The notes: generated by a model not told the origin, from the letters alone. A stretch of DNA of 64,000 nucleotides from Anaeramoeba ignava BMAN (GCA_028826165.1 JAPDFW010000058.1:496001-560000); one strand, 5' to 3'. Positions 24,900-43,788 are shown, numbered from the stretch's first letter. A program made the numbers and translations.

Positions 24900-26335
24900 T
24901 TTTAAAATAAGTTTATATTATTTTGAATAATAAAAAGTTAATTAAATTAATATTTAATATTGAATTTGAAATTTATTTATTTAATATTATTGATTTAAAT
25001 TTTGAAATAAAATTAATTAAAATATTTTATTAATTTTTATAATTTTTAAAATAAGTTTATATTATTTTAAATAATAAAAAGTTAATTAATTTAATATTTA
25101 ATATTGAATTTGAAATTGATTTATTTAATAATATTGATTTAAATTTTAAAATAAATTAATTAAAATATTTAATAAATTTTTATAATTTTTAGAATAAATT
25201 TATATTATTTTTGAATAATAAAAAGTTAATTAACTTAATATTTTAGATGAATTTGAAATTTATTTATTTAATAATATTGATTTAAATTTTAAAATAAAAT
25301 TAATTAAAATATTTAATAATTTTTATAATTTTTAAAATAGATTTATATTATTTTAAATAATAAAAAGTTAATTAACTTAATATTTTAAATGAATTTGAAA
25401 TTTATTTATTTAATAATATTGATTTTAAATTTTAAAATAAATTAATTAAAATATTTAATAAATTTTTTATAATTTTTTAGAATAAGTTTATATTATTTTG
25501 AATAATAAAAAGTTAATTAATTTAATATTTAATATGAATTTGAAATTGATTTATTTAATATTATTGATTTAAATTTTAAAATAAATTAATAAAATATTTT
25601 TATAAATTTTTTATAATTTTTTAAAATAAGTTTATATTATTTTGAATAATAAAAAGTTAATTAATTTAATATTTAATAATGAATTTGAAATTGATTTATT
25701 TAATAATATTGATTTAAATTTTAAAAATAAATTAATAAAATGTTTTTATCAAATTTTTATAATTTTTAGAATAAGTTTATATTATTTTGAATAATAAAAA
25801 GTTAATTAATTTAATATTTTAAATGAATTTGAAATTGATTTATTTAATATTATTGGTTTAAATTTTGAAATAAAATTAATAAAATATTTTTATTAATTTT
25901 TTTATAATTTTTTAGAATAAGTTTATATTATTTTGAATAATAAAAAGTTAATTAACTTAATATTTTAAATGAATTTGAAATTGATTTATTTAATATTATT
26001 GATTTAAATTTTAAAATAAATTAATTAAAATATTTTATTAATTTTTTATAATTTTTTAAAATAAGTTTATATTATTTTAAATAATAAAAAGTTAATTAAC
26101 TTATATTTTAGATGAATTTGAAATTTATTTATTTAATAATATTGATTTAAATTTTGAAATAAAATTAATTAAAATATTTAATAAATTTTTTATAATTTTT
26201 TAAAATAAGTTTATATTATTTTGAATAATAAAAAGTTAATTAATTTAATATTTTAGATGAATTTGAAATTTATTTAATAATATTGATTTAAATTTTTAAA
26301 TAAAATTAATTAAAATATATTTTATTAATTTTTTT
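24900..26335. repeat. Satellite, about 10 copies of a ~144-bp unit
   Basis: AATAATAAAAAGTTAATTAA recurs about every 144 bp (near 24927, 25071, 25215, 25357, 25501 and onward). Confidence 0.9.
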
Positions 26336-26367
26336 AATTTTTTTTATTCATTTTTTCTTTTTGCTTA

Positions 26368-29300
26368 ATGATTGCTTTAAATTTATTTTCAACACTTTTT
26401 GATGCAATAGATCAAGTTCCTCCATTCATTCCTCCACAAAAAAAAAACGAAAAAAATAATTTAACAGATAAAAACAAAATAATGAATAAACCAAAACAAG
26501 AAAAAGAGAAAAACCAAATTAAAAAAAAAGTTCAAAAAGCTTCTATTTATAGCCCAAACCAAAATGAATCAAGAAAATTTTTATATCCTTCCAGTCTTTT
26601 TCATGTGGACGGTAAACCAATGAAAAATACCTGCCTTATTGGCTATTCAACAACTGGGAAATTATTAATTTCAAGAGACTGTGAAAATGTTAGTTAATTT
26701 TTAACTTAAAATTCAAAATTAAAAATTAAAATTTTAAAAATTAAAATTTAAAAAGGATGGAAAATTAGTAACTTATATCGATCTTTTGGCGTTTAATCCA
26801 TTAAAAAGAACGAATATTTATCAACATTCTACAATAATAACATGTGTTTCAGCTTCTCTTAATCATGATGAAACTTTGCTTCGTAAATTTATAAATTATA
26901 ATTAAATTCTTGCTCAAAAGAAAAAAATCTCATTTTGTTTTTTTATAAACAGTTTTAACAGAATTAATTCATAGAAAAAAACATTCGCAAAATGGAAATC
27001 AACTAAAAACAGAAACGGAAGGTATTAGATATAAAAATAGATATAAAAATAAAAAGATAAAAATTAAGTTTTGCTTAAATCAATATTATAATTAGATACT
27101 TATCAACTTCATGTGGTTTTTCTTGGCGAAAATCCTAAATCACAAAAAATTTTACAAGAAAATTCTCTTTTTCAACTTGGAGTGGTAAATTTTATTTGGG
27201 AAAAAAAAAGTGGAACAAAATTTTTGCTTTTTTTTTTTTAAAAAATAATTAGTTTTTACCGAATAATTATGGTAAAAGTTACGATACATTCCTTTTTCTT
27301 GTTGATAGAGAATCAGTTCGGAAATATCGAATAAATTTTAAAAAGAAAAACAATATAGTATTTTAAAAAAGAAATTTTGAATTAAAAAAAAAATAATTAT
27401 TTTTTAAAACAAACAAAACAAAAAACAGAAAACTTTTACTAAAATTAATCCAAAAGAATTTCTTTGTAAAGAATTCATTTGGTATGAATTAAATCCTGTT
27501 AGAAGACATTTACTTCTTATTCGAAAAAAGGGGAATTTTTATGAGCTTATTGTTTGGGATTTTCAAATCAAATCATCCAAACCACAAATGAATTGGTTTT
27601 TGGATATTCCATTTATTTATCAAGATGAAAGGAAAATACCTTTTAAATATGATCATAGTTTATTTACAACTGGGTTTACTTCTCCAAATATTTATACAAA
27701 TTTCGAAATTACATTTGTATCGAATGTATAATTTGATTTGAATTCAAAATTTAAAATGAAAAACATATTAATAATATTAATAATATTTTCTTCTTAAAAG
27801 AGAATCACATGCTTGTGCTTTCAATCACTTCCTGAAAATTTAACAGAAGATTCTGAAAAAATCATTCATGTTACAATTTGGATTTTAGAAAGAAATGAAC
27901 GATTATCACTCGAAATTCCACTTCATGGATTATCAAAAGAATTTATTGAAAAAACAGTTGTTTTTTTTGGAGCTTTGGATGAAATGCTATTAATTTATAT
28001 TCCTGGAATTTATATGAATTTTTTGGATTGTTCTTGGATGCATGACACATCAGATTCATTATTACTTACAAGTTTGTGTGAAAAAAAAGCAAAAAAAAAA
28101 AAATTCCCTAAAAATAAAAAAATTTTTTTCTTCTTTCTTCTTCTTAAAAAAAAAATATCAAAAGATCAAGAATATCCAAATTTTATTGGAAAAAGTATCT
28201 TTTCAGAAGAAAATTCACCAGCAAATATTTCAAGAATTTTTGCAGATATCCATTTTAGATTTTCATCAAAAAAAACTGAGTTGTTAGAAAGGTTGATGAT
28301 TGACAATAAAACTTTATCAATTTTTTCATATAAATTTGATCAAAATGGGTTGATCAAAATTTTGAAATATTCTCAAAATGAAATTGTTCACACACAAGTT
28401 TTGCATATTGCCTTTTTTCATGTTTTAGAGGATCAGTTTTATGATACTGTTTTAAGTTATTTATGTCAACAATCACCTCAATCAATTACTTCTTCTTTTA
28501 TTCAAGAATATATTATTGGTTCAACTTATTATTCTTTTCTGAGAAGAGGTTTTAAACAAGAACATGAAAACACCCGAAAATATTTATTGAGCATTATTCC
28601 TCTATCAACAATTTTAACATATAAACAAATTGTATGAATTTTTTTTTTTAAAAGCAAAATTTGAATGAAGTTTAAAAAATTTTCAAAAAAATTTTCCAAA
28701 AAAATTAAGGAAGATCAAAAAAAAGATCCAGAAAATCTATCAATTCCATTGGATTATAAACCAAATTTCTTTAATTATTCCTCGGTTTCGCAAACATCCA
28801 AAAGAATAGAAAGACTTACTTATCAAAAATTACATAAAAATGCAAGTCAATTTCTTTCTCAAGATAAAAAGCCAATATTCAATTCAAAAGAACAAGAACA
28901 ACAAGCAGAACAAAAGCAGTCACAAAAATTCCCAACAGAATATCAACAACAAACACAACAAAATGAAGAAATCAAGCAAAAGGAAAATTTTGGTTATGAT
29001 GAAAAATATTCAGAAGAACTTTTACTTCAAATTGTTTCTGCACATCTTAGTCATTTTGTGCAGATGCCTGTTGTATTATTGCAATTAACTGATTTCTATT
29101 TAAAAATTCAATCTCAAGAAATTGAGAAATTATTTATTAAATTATCTGATTTAGTAAAAATGAAATTTCCAAAAAATCATAATGATTTTGGAATGGAAAT
29201 GATCATTTCAAATTTGGATTGTTTTGAACTTTTCCAAAAATATTTAAATGAAAATCAAAATCAAAATTTAAATCAAAATGAAATGAAAAATTTGTTTGTA

Positions 29301-30162
29301 AATTTTAAATATGAAATTGGAAAAAAAAGAAGAGAAGCTTTTCAAGTTTTCCAAGAATTTTATTCTGCGATTGAAGGATTTCCTGTTCCATTTCCAAAAG
29401 ATTTTCATTTTCATTATTGTAGATTAGCTTTATACTTGTTTATCTGAAGAGTAATTTTATTTAAAATTCAATTAAAATTTAAAATTTTAATTTAAATTTA
29501 AATTATAATAAAAAAAAAGAATATTTATTCAATATCTTGATTCACAAATCATTCAAATTGATTATGATTTTGTACAACAAATTCTATCTAAACTTGGTGA
29601 AACAAAAAGAGAAATTGGTTTAAGAAATCGACTCATTTCTCATATTTTTAATTTTGAATCTTTTATAAAAATTGTAAAAAAATATCCAGAAAATGAAAGA
29701 TATGTTATTGAATATTTTTCAAATGAAATTTCTAAAAAATTTTCAAATTTAATTCAATCAGAAAATTTGACTGAAACTTCAGATTTTCAAAAATCAAATG
29801 AAAATCAAAATCAAAATCAAAATCAAAATCAAAAATCAAATGAAAATTTAAAATCAAATGAAAATTTAAATCAAAATCAAAATCAAAATCAAAATCAAAA
29901 TCAAAATCAAAATCAAAATCAAAATCAAAATCAAATTCAAAATCAAAATTTAAATCAAAAATCAAATCAAAATCAAAATCAAAATCAAAATCAAAATCAA
30001 ATTCAATTTCAAAATCAAAATCAATTCTTCGTTCTTTCACTTGTTTTAGATAATTTAAAAGAAATTATTAAAAAAGAAGAAAATCTAAAAATTAAAGAAA
30101 TTAATTCAATTAATTTTATTATTCAAAACGCAGAAAAAACTTTTTCAAATGAAAAGATTTAA
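26368..30162 (+). CDS. Probable gamma-secretase-activating protein (GSAP/pigeon) homologue, multi-exon
   Basis: Many short GT-AG introns. Motifs CVSASLNHDETLL, EFIWYELN, MLLIYIPGIYMNFLDC and FPVPFPKDFHFHYCRLA...IQYLDSQII resemble GSAP (recalled from memory, not searched). One probable indel near 29430. Confidence 0.55.
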
Positions 30163-30302
30163 AAATTTATTATTATTTTTATTATAATTTTTTTTTTAAT
30201 TAATAAACAAAAAAACATTTTTTTCATTTTTTTCATTTTTTTCATTTTTTTCATTTATTTTTGTTTTTCTTTTTTAATTTTTAATTTTTAAATTTTTTTT
30301 AA

Positions 30303-32490
<2,188 letters not shown>

Positions 32491-32643
32491 AAAAATAAAA
32501 ACAAAATAAAAACAACAAAATAAATAAAACAAATTATTCAAAAATCTATTTTCTTTCGAATATTGATGATTTATTATTGTATAGGAAATAATTAAGGAAG
32601 ATAATTTTAATTTTAATTTTAATTTTAATTTTAATTTTTAATT

Positions 32644-35600
32644 TTAATTTTGAATTTTAATTTTAATTTTTAATTTTTCTTTTTCTTTTTCTTTTTCATT
32701 TGAATTAGAATTTGAATTTGAATTAGATTGTGAATTTTGTTTCTGTTTTGTTTTCTTAATAGATTCTTTATTATCATCATTTTCAATAATAATTTCTTCA
32801 TCTTCTTTTCTTTTTAAATTTCTTGAATTTTTTGAATTTTTTGAATTTTTTGAATTTTTTGAATTTGCTCTTGATTTTGGACCCCAATTCTTTTCTGGAT
32901 TAGGAAAAAAAGTTTTAACTTTATATTTAGCTTTTTCAACAATTGTAAAATCTGCTTTTAAAACAGGTTCTTTTGATAATAATTGAAAAGCAATTGAACT
33001 GACATCCAACTGATGAAATTTTTGATCGAAATCCTTTTGCTTTCGAGCCCAACATCTCCAAATGTCCCATATAACATTCATCGGGGCATTTGTCTTAATA
33101 ACATTTGGAGCGCAATGGGAACCTGAAACATTGAATCCTGCGTTAATAATTGCGGATTTAATATCAATCAACGAAGGAGTTGGAAATTTTAAAGTTTTAG
33201 AAATTTCTCCAATATCATGATAAAGAGGAGCATCAACGAGCTCATCAGATAAAGCATCAAGAATGCCTGTGATTCTTTTCTCTGTGTGGAATCTGTTCTT
33301 GTTTTGTGGGAGATTAAGGATGGTTTTTAATTTTTGGATAAATTGAGTATTATGAATTGGAGCATTCCAAATTGGACCTCCAATTTGATATCTATTAACA
33401 GGAACAAATATTTGTTTATTGGATTCTTTTGACTCAGTTTCTCCGTCTTTTGTTGGGACTTGTTTTTCTTGTTTTTCTTCTTTTTCTTTATAAACCATTT
33501 CAGGATATGTAATTTCATCATATGGAAGTATTCCAAATGCTTCTTTTGATTTTTGTTTTGTGAGAACGGGAGAAAGAAAAAAGCTTGGAATTCGTGTTGA
33601 TTGGAAAATATAGGAGAGTTTTGTAACAGCCTCTTTTGCTTTATTTGGTCCTGAAAAGACACGAAAGAACAATCTTATATAAAAATCAACGCTTATTGAA
33701 ATTAATGGTTCAATGTATTTCTTTTGATGAGATGCTGTTTTAGATATGTAGGATAATACAATTCGCAGTGCGTTTTCATGGCAATATTTCTTCCGCAATG
33801 GTAAGCTGTCGTATTTGTTGTATGCCGTGCTGGGATTTTTTCCTGATAGTACAATCATGTCTGTGCATGTTACGCACATTAATCCTCCGTCTTTGATTGA
33901 TTTAATTGAGGAACTTATAAAATCAGATGCTGATCCATATGGATCAAGATCAATAACATCAAAAAGTTCCTTTTTTTGTGCTTTTTCTTCCATTAATAAT
34001 CTTAATTTTCAAATCAATATAAAATTATTAAAAATATTAAAATATTAAAATATTTAAATATTAAAATATTAAAATATTAATTATAAAAATATTAAAATAT
34101 TAATTATAAAAATATTAAAATATTAAAATATTAAAATATTAAAATATTAAAATATTAAATTATTAAAATATTAAAATATAAAATATAAAAATACTAAATA
34201 TTAAATTATTAAAATATAAAATATTAAATTATTAAATATTAAATTATTAAATTATTAAAATATTAAATTATTAAATTATTAAAATATTAAAATATTAAAA
34301 TATTAAAATATTAAAATATTAAATTATTAAAATATTAAAATATTAAAATATTAAAATATTAAAAATATTAAAATATTAAAAATATTAAAATATTAAAATA
34401 TTAAAATATAAAAATATTAAAATATTAAAAATATTAAAATATTAAAAATATTAAAATATTAAAAATATTAAAAATATTAAAAATATTAAATTATTAAAAA
34501 TATTAAAATATTAAATTATTAAAAATTATTAAAAAAATAAAAAAAAAAAAATATTAAAAATATTAAAAATATTAAAATAATAAAAAATATTAAAAAATAT
34601 TAAAATATAAAAATATTAAAATATTAAAATAATAAAATATAAAATTATTTAAATATTAAAATATTAAATATTAAATTATTAAAAATATTAAAAATATTAA
34701 AATATTAAAAATATTAAAATATTAAAATATTAAAATATTAAAATATTAAAATATTAAAATATTAAAAATATTAAAATATTAAAATATTAAAAATATTAAA
34801 ATATTAAAATATTAAATTATTAAAATATTAAAATATTAAAAATATTAAAATATCCAAATATTAAATTATTAAAATATTAAATTATTAAAATATTAAAATA
34901 TTAAAATATAAAAATTATTAAAATATTAAAATATTTAAATATTAAAAATATTAAAAATATTAAAATATAAAAATATTAAAAATATTAAAATATTAAAAAT
35001 ATTAAAATATTAAAATATTAAAATATTAAAAATATTAAATTAAAAATATAAAATATATAAAAAATATTAAAATATTAAAATATAAAATATTAAATTATTA
35101 AAATTATTAAAATATTAAAATATTAAAATATAAAATATTAAAATATTAAAATATTAAAATATAAAAATATTAAAAATATAAAAATATTAAAATATAAAAA
35201 TATTAAAATATTAAAATATTAAAATATATAAAAATATTAAAATATTAATTATTAAAATATTAAATTATTAAAATATTAAAATATTAATTATTAAAATATT
35301 AAATTATTAAAATATTAAAATATTAAATTATTAAAATATTAAAATATTAAAATATTAAAATATTAAAATTAAAATATTAAATTATATAAAAATATTAAAA
35401 TATTAAAATATTAATTATAAAAATATAAAAATATTAAAATATTAAAATATTAAAATATTAAAATATTAAATTATTAAATTATTAAAATATTAAAATATTA
35501 AATAATAAAAATACATTGCATCTTTGTGTGAAGGAATAATCTCTGTGTCTGAGTTAATATTATTATCTTTCACATTTTTACGAATTAATTCAACTGCAGT

Positions 35601-35912
35601 AGGATCAATATCATTAGCAACAATAAATTGGATTCCAGGAACCTCTTTAAAGTATCGAATAGATCGTAAACCAGTTGCAGAAAGAGCTTCTAAAATTTGA
35701 AGTCCTTTGAAATTCTCTCTTTTTCTTGTTTTAATTTTTTTTTGTTTAAGTTCTTCAGAAAGTAATTGTGAATATGTTTCCAAAACAAGAACTGAAAAAT
35801 CTCGATTAAATACTTGAACAGGATTATAGAACACAGAATTGTTTTTAGGAAATTCAATCTTACACAATCCTTCTTCTATAATTTTAAAATCATCTTCATT
35901 TTTACCAGCCAT
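32644..35912 (-). CDS. TRM1: tRNA (guanine26-N2)-dimethyltransferase Trm1
   Basis: Motifs VFYNPVQVFNRDFS, ILEALSATGLRSIRY, DVIDLDPYGS, PNPEKNWGPKSRA. Intron 34001-35514 joins the two ORFs in frame. Confidence 0.96.
34020..35505. repeat. Intronic 9-10-bp repeat (AAAATATTA)n
   Basis: Directly visible in the TRM1 intron. Confidence 0.95.
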
Positions 35913-36194
35913 TTTTTAAATATTTTTTTTTTAAAATGAAAAATGAAAAATGAAAAAAAATGAAAAATAATTTTTTTTGATTTTATTGTTCAGAAGAAAA
36001 AAGAAAATGAAAAATGAAAAAGAAACAAAGAAAATGAAAAAGAAACAAAGAAAATGAAACAAAGAAAATATTACGAAAAGGAAAAAAACAAAAATTCATT
36101 TGAATTTACATGAATTGAAAAAAGAATCTAAAATTTCAATTCAAAATAATCATTTAAATTCAATTCATTTAAATTCAATTCAATTCAATTCAAT

Positions 36195-38568
<2,374 letters not shown>

Positions 38569-38999
38569 TTTGTTTGTTTTATATTTTATTTGGTTTTTTT
38601 TTTTTGTGTGTTAAAATGAAAAAAAAAAGTGTGAAAAAAATTTTAAAAAGTGAAGAAAAAAAATGATCTTTTGTTTTATTAAAAAAAAATTTTTTTTACT
38701 TATTTTTTTAAAAGTAAAATAAAATGGCAAATTAGTTTAAAAAGAAAAAGAAAAAAAAAGGAAAAAAAAATTTTAATGGAATTTTTATTTTAAAAAATTT
38801 AATTCAATCTATCAAGCAAATAACAAAATGATAGGTTGAATAAATTTTAAATAATTTCTAATTATTATTGTTATTTAATTATTATTAAAAATATTGCAAA
38901 AAAATTGATCAAAAAGGAGAAAATCAATAAGAAATTTTTGTGGAATTTTTGTTTTAAAAAAGTAATTTGAAAAGACGAAGCAAATGAAAAAATAATATA

Positions 39000-41050
39000 T
39001 TAACTAAATTTAAAACAATTTCATAATTAAGTATTAATTAATTATAATTAAAAATAATGAAATAAAATTAATTAAAAAATTGAAAATAATTTAATATAAA
39101 TTTATCTTTATTTTTAATAATAAAATTAAAAATTAATATTATAATTATTAATAAATAATAAATTTAAAATAATTTATTAATCTATTATTAATTAAATATT
39201 ATTAAAAATATTGAAATAAAATTAATTAAAAATTGAAAATAATTTAATATTAATTTATCTTTATTTTTAATAATAAATTTAGAAATTAATATTATAATTA
39301 TTAATAAATAATAAATTTAAAAATAATTTCATAATTAATTATTAATTAAATATAATTAAAAATAATGAAATAAAATTAATTAAAAATTGAAAATAATTTA
39401 ATATAAATTTATCTTTATTTTTAATAATAAAATTAAAAATTAATATTATAATTATTAATAAATAATAAATTTAAAATAATTTATTAATCTATTATTAATT
39501 AATTATTATTAAAAATAATGAAATAAAATTAATTAAAAATTGAAAATAATTTAATATAAATTTATCTTAATTTTTAATAATAAATTTAAAAATTATTATT
39601 ATAATTATTAATAAATAATAAATTTAAAAACAATTTCATAATTAAGTATTAATTAAATATAATTAAAAATAATGAAATAAAATTAATTAAAAATTGAAAA
39701 TAATTTAATATAAATTTATCTTTGTTTTTAATAATAAAATTAAAAATTAATATTATAATTATTAATAAATAATAAATTTAAAGTAATTTATTAATCTAAT
39801 ATTAATTAATTATAATTAAAAATAATGAAATAAAATTAATTAAAAATTGAAAATAATTTAATATAAATTTATCTTTAATTTTTAATAATAAATTTAAAAT
39901 TATTATTATAATTATTAATAAATAATAAATTTAAAATAATTTCATAATTAATTATTAATTAAATATAATTAAAAATAATGAAATAAAATTAATTAAAAAT
40001 TGAAAATAATTTAATATAAATTTATCTTTATTTTTAATAATAAATTTAAAAATTAATATTATAATTATTAATAAATAATAAATTTAAAGTAATTTATTAA
40101 TCTAATATTAATTAAATATAATTAAAAATAATGAAATAAAATTAATTAAAAATTGAAAATAATTTAATATAAATTTATCTTTGTTTTTAATAATAAATTT
40201 AAAAATTAATAATATAATTATTAATAAATAATAAATTTAAAACAATTTCATAATTAAGTATTAATTAAATATAATTAAAAATAATGAAATAAAATTAATT
40301 AAAAATTGAAAATAATTTAATATAAATTTATCTTTGTTTTTAATAATAAATTTAAAAATTGATATTATAATTATTAATAAATAATAAATTTAAAACAATT
40401 TATTAATCTATTATTAATTAAATATAATTAAAAATAATGAAATAAAATTAATTAAAAATTGAAAATAATTTAATATAAATTTATCTTAATTTTTAATAAT
40501 AAATTTAAAAATTAATATTATAATTATTAATAAATAATAAATTTAAAATAATTTCATAATTAATTATTAATTAAATATAATTAAAAATAATGAAATAAAA
40601 TTAATTAAAAATTGAAAATAATTTAATATAAATTTATCTTTATTTTTAATAATAAATTTAAAAATTAATATTATAATTATTAATAAATAATAAATTTAAA
40701 ATAATTTATTAATCAATTATTAATTAAATATAATTAAAAATAATGAAATAAAATTAATTAAAAATTGAAAATAATTTAATATAAATTTATCTTTGTTTTT
40801 AATAATAAATTTAAAAATTGATATTATAATTATTAATAAATAATAAATTTAAAACAATTTATTAATCTTAATATTAATTAATTATAATTAAAAATATTGA
40901 AATAAAATTAATTAAAAAATTGAAAATAATTTAATATAAATTTATCTTTGTTTTTAATAATAAAATTAAAAATTAATATTATAATTATTAATAAATAATA
41001 AATTTAAAATAATTTATTAATCTATTTATTAATTAAATGTTATTAAAAAT
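39000..41050. repeat. Satellite, about 13 copies of a ~153-bp unit, between divergent genes
   Basis: TGAAAATAATTTAATATAAATTTATC recurs near 39081, 39234, 39388, 39541 and onward to 40921. Confidence 0.92.
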
Positions 41051-41163
41051 ATTAAAAAGGAGAAAAAAACGTTTTCATTTTTTTCATTTTTTTCATTTTC
41101 ATTTTCAATTTTCATTTCTTTTTTTCAATATAAAATTATTTAAAATAAAAAAACAAAATAAAA

Positions 41164-41586
41164 ATGAATGCAGAACAAGAACCATTTTTAGGAGATGATG
41201 GAGAACCAAATATATCAAGCGATGATTTTTTTATAGATGATTCAAAAATATTTCCAAATAATCAAGCAATAGGAGAAACAGGAAGAGAAAAAAGAATAAG
41301 AACAAAATTATCGCATCCAAGAACATTTAGAGAAGTTCTTGAAAGCGAAGAATTACGAGATAAAAAAAAAACCGTTATAATTGTTTTATTTGTTTTTTTA
41401 TTTGGCCTCATTTTGTTTTTTGTTAGTTTTGGCATTTGGAAAAAATCTGCAAGTCAAGGTTTAGGCGTTTTTATTGTTGCTTTGCTACTTATGGTTGCTG
41501 GTGGTTATTATCTTTTTTATATTTATAAAGCTATTCGTGGTGAATCTGGTTTCCAATTTGAAGAAATTCCAAATTTTGAAAATTAA
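41164..41586 (+). CDS. TMEM230/TMEM134-family two-TM protein
   Basis: Two C-terminal TM helices followed by GGYYLFYIYKAIRGESGFQFEEIPNFE, similar to the TMEM230 tail. Confidence 0.7.
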   Translation: MNAEQEPFLGDDGEPNISSDDFFIDDSKIFPNNQAIGETGREKRIRTKLSHPRTFREVLESEELRDKKKTVIIVLFVFLFGLILFFVSFGIWKKSASQGLGVFIVALLLMVAGGYYLFYIYKAIRGESGFQFEEIPNFEN

Positions 41587-41729
41587 TTTTCTTTTATTTT
41601 TTCTTTTTTTTGATTTTTGATTGAAAATTTTTTCATTCAATTTTTTTTTAGAATTATTCATTTTTCAAAAAAAAATAAAGGAAATGAATAATCAAAATTT
41701 CATTTTTTTCATTTTTTTTCTTTTCAAAA

Positions 41730-43520
41730 ATGAATGATTGTTTATTTTTTGGTTGGAATAAATTACCAAAACTTATCAAAAATGAACCAGAAAAAATAAC
41801 AAAACCAATTCAATTTAAATTTGAAAATGAAAATGAAAATGAAAAACAAATTAAACAAATTTCAACAGGAGAATTATCAACAATTTTCCTTTTCAAAAAT
41901 GGAAAAGCAATAGAATATTTAAGTAAAAATGATTCAAAACAAAATCCTTCAAAAATTCAAATTGAAGAAAATATTCAAAAAGTATCTGTTGGTTCTCGAA
42001 ATGAAGCTATTTTAACAATAGAAGGAAATGTATTTGCAAAAGGAGAAGATATTAATCCAGAAAATCCAAATAAATTTATCAATATTTCATCATTAATTGA
42101 AGATACAACTGATAGAATAATTGAAGATATTGTTTCTGGATTCAATTCAATTTACTTATTAACTTCAAATCAAAATGCTTATGGAATTGGTTCAAATCAA
42201 TTTGCTCAACTTGGTTTTTATTCTAGAACACTTAAAAAAACACAAAAACCAATTTTAATGATGAAAAATGTTTCTAAAATATTTTCAGGAAATTCTTCTG
42301 AATGCGTTTTTCTTTTAAATTCAAATCAAGAATTATTTGGATCTGGAAATAACGATTATGGTAAATTTGGATTAGGAGAATCAATGGAAGAAGAAGAAAT
42401 CCAAAAATTAATCAAAATCCAAAATATTCCAAAAGGCAAAATAATCGATATTCAAAGTGGAGATTATCATTCAATAATGTTGATTGAAAATGAAAATGAA
42501 AATGAAAATCCAAAAAGAAAACTTTATTCATGTGGATTTTGGGAATGTAATGGACTTGGAAAAAATGAAACTACTTATGAATTTACTGAAATCAAATCAT
42601 CTTTATTTGATAATGATGATAATATTCTTGATTTTTCTGTTGGTTATAATCATACTTTGATTTTAACTTCTAATTCAAAATTAATAGGATTTGGATTTAA
42701 TAATTTAGGTCAATTAGGAACTGGAGATACAGATGAAATAAAATTAAACTCATTTCAAATTGAACTTCCTAAATTAAGATTTAATGAATATATTTCTAAT
42801 TATCATATTTCTTGTGGATATCAAAAATCATTTCTTTATTATTCTCCTTTTCTTTCCAATCTTGAAGAAGATTTGATAAAATTATTTAAAAGAAAAGAAT
42901 TTTGTGACATTTCATTTAAAACAGAAAATGGAGAAATAATTGAAGCTCATAAATTAATATTGAAATATAGATTAAATCAAAATGAAAATCAAATTGAAAA
43001 ACTTCAAGAAATTATTTCAAGAAAATCAATTAAAGAATCAAATCAAATATTTGAAATGATTTATTCAAATAATTCCAAAATAAATCCAAAATTATATTAT
43101 GAAATTAAAGAAATTATAAATTTAAATGAAAAAATTGAAGAAACAATGAAAAGAATTTATTTAAATGAAAACGAAAATGAAAATGAAAAAGATTTTATAA
43201 TTGAAAGAAAAGAAAAACAATATAAATTTCCCAAAATAATATTAATAATGAGAAGTGAATTATATCGAGGAATGTTTTTATCTGTAACTGAAGATAAATC
43301 AAATAAAGTTACAGATTATAGTGAATTAAGTAATAAATCATTTCAATTATTTGAATATTGGATTTATTCAAATCAAATTAAAGATGAAATTCAAATTACA
43401 CAACAAATTATTGATGAAATTGAAACTGGAATTGATTATTTCCAATTAAATCAAACATATCCAAATTTATTTGATTTATTAATTAACAAATTTAATAATC
43501 AAAATCAAAATTTAAATTAA
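41730..43520 (+). CDS. RCC1-repeat protein with C-terminal BTB-like domains
   Basis: RCC1 motifs (GSNQFAQLG, IQSGDYHS, FSVGYNHTLIL...GFNNLGQLGTG) and BTB (FCDISF...IEAHKLIL; RSELYRGMF). Confidence 0.85.
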   Translation: MNDCLFFGWNKLPKLIKNEPEKITKPIQFKFENENENEKQIKQISTGELSTIFLFKNGKAIEYLSKNDSKQNPSKIQIEENIQKVSVGSRNEAILTIEGNVFAKGEDINPENPNKFINISSLIEDTTDRIIEDIVSGFNSIYLLTSNQNAYGIGSNQFAQLGFYSRTLKKTQKPILMMKNVSKIFSGNSSECVFLLNSNQELFGSGNNDYGKFGLGESMEEEEIQKLIKIQNIPKGKIIDIQSGDYHSIMLIENENENENPKRKLYSCGFWECNGLGKNETTYEFTEIKSSLFDNDDNILDFSVGYNHTLILTSNSKLIGFGFNNLGQLGTGDTDEIKLNSFQIELPKLRFNEYISNYHISCGYQKSFLYYSPFLSNLEEDLIKLFKRKEFCDISFKTENGEIIEAHKLILKYRLNQNENQIEKLQEIISRKSIKESNQIFEMIYSNNSKINPKLYYEIKEIINLNEKIEETMKRIYLNENENENEKDFIIERKEKQYKFPKIILIMRSELYRGMFLSVTEDKSNKVTDYSELSNKSFQLFEYWIYSNQIKDEIQITQQIIDEIETGIDYFQLNQTYPNLFDLLINKFNNQNQNLN

Positions 43521-43738
43521 AATTAAAATTAAAATAATTAAAATTAAAATTAAAATAATTAAAATTAAAATTAAATTTTAAAATTAAAATTAAAATTTAA
43601 ATTAAAATTTAAATTAAAATTAAAATTTAAAATTAAAATTCATTTATAAAATTAAAATTTAAAATTAAAATTAAAATTAAAATTAAAATTAAAATTAAAA
43701 TTAAAATTAAAATTAAAATTAAAAAGTGGATCAAATAA

Positions 43739-43788
43739 TTTTTCATTTTTCATTTTTCATTTTTCATTTTTTTCATTTTTTCATTTTT
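43739..43788 (+). promoter_or_regulatory. Clustered (T)nCATTTTT motif, putative initiator-like element (representative instance)
   Basis: Six tandem TTTTCATTTT units just upstream of ATG 43806. The same strand-matched motif precedes most ATGs in the window. Confidence 0.6.

Noticed and set aside
24900-26335. CRISPR-like regularly spaced repeats (also 39000-41050)
   Set aside because: Whole units repeat with no unique spacers, there are no cas genes, and the context is eukaryotic.
11200-29450. Genome-wide programmed frameshifting (Euplotes-like)
   Set aside because: The shifts go in both directions, all sit in homopolymer runs and share no slippery-stop motif; sequencing indels explain them more simply.
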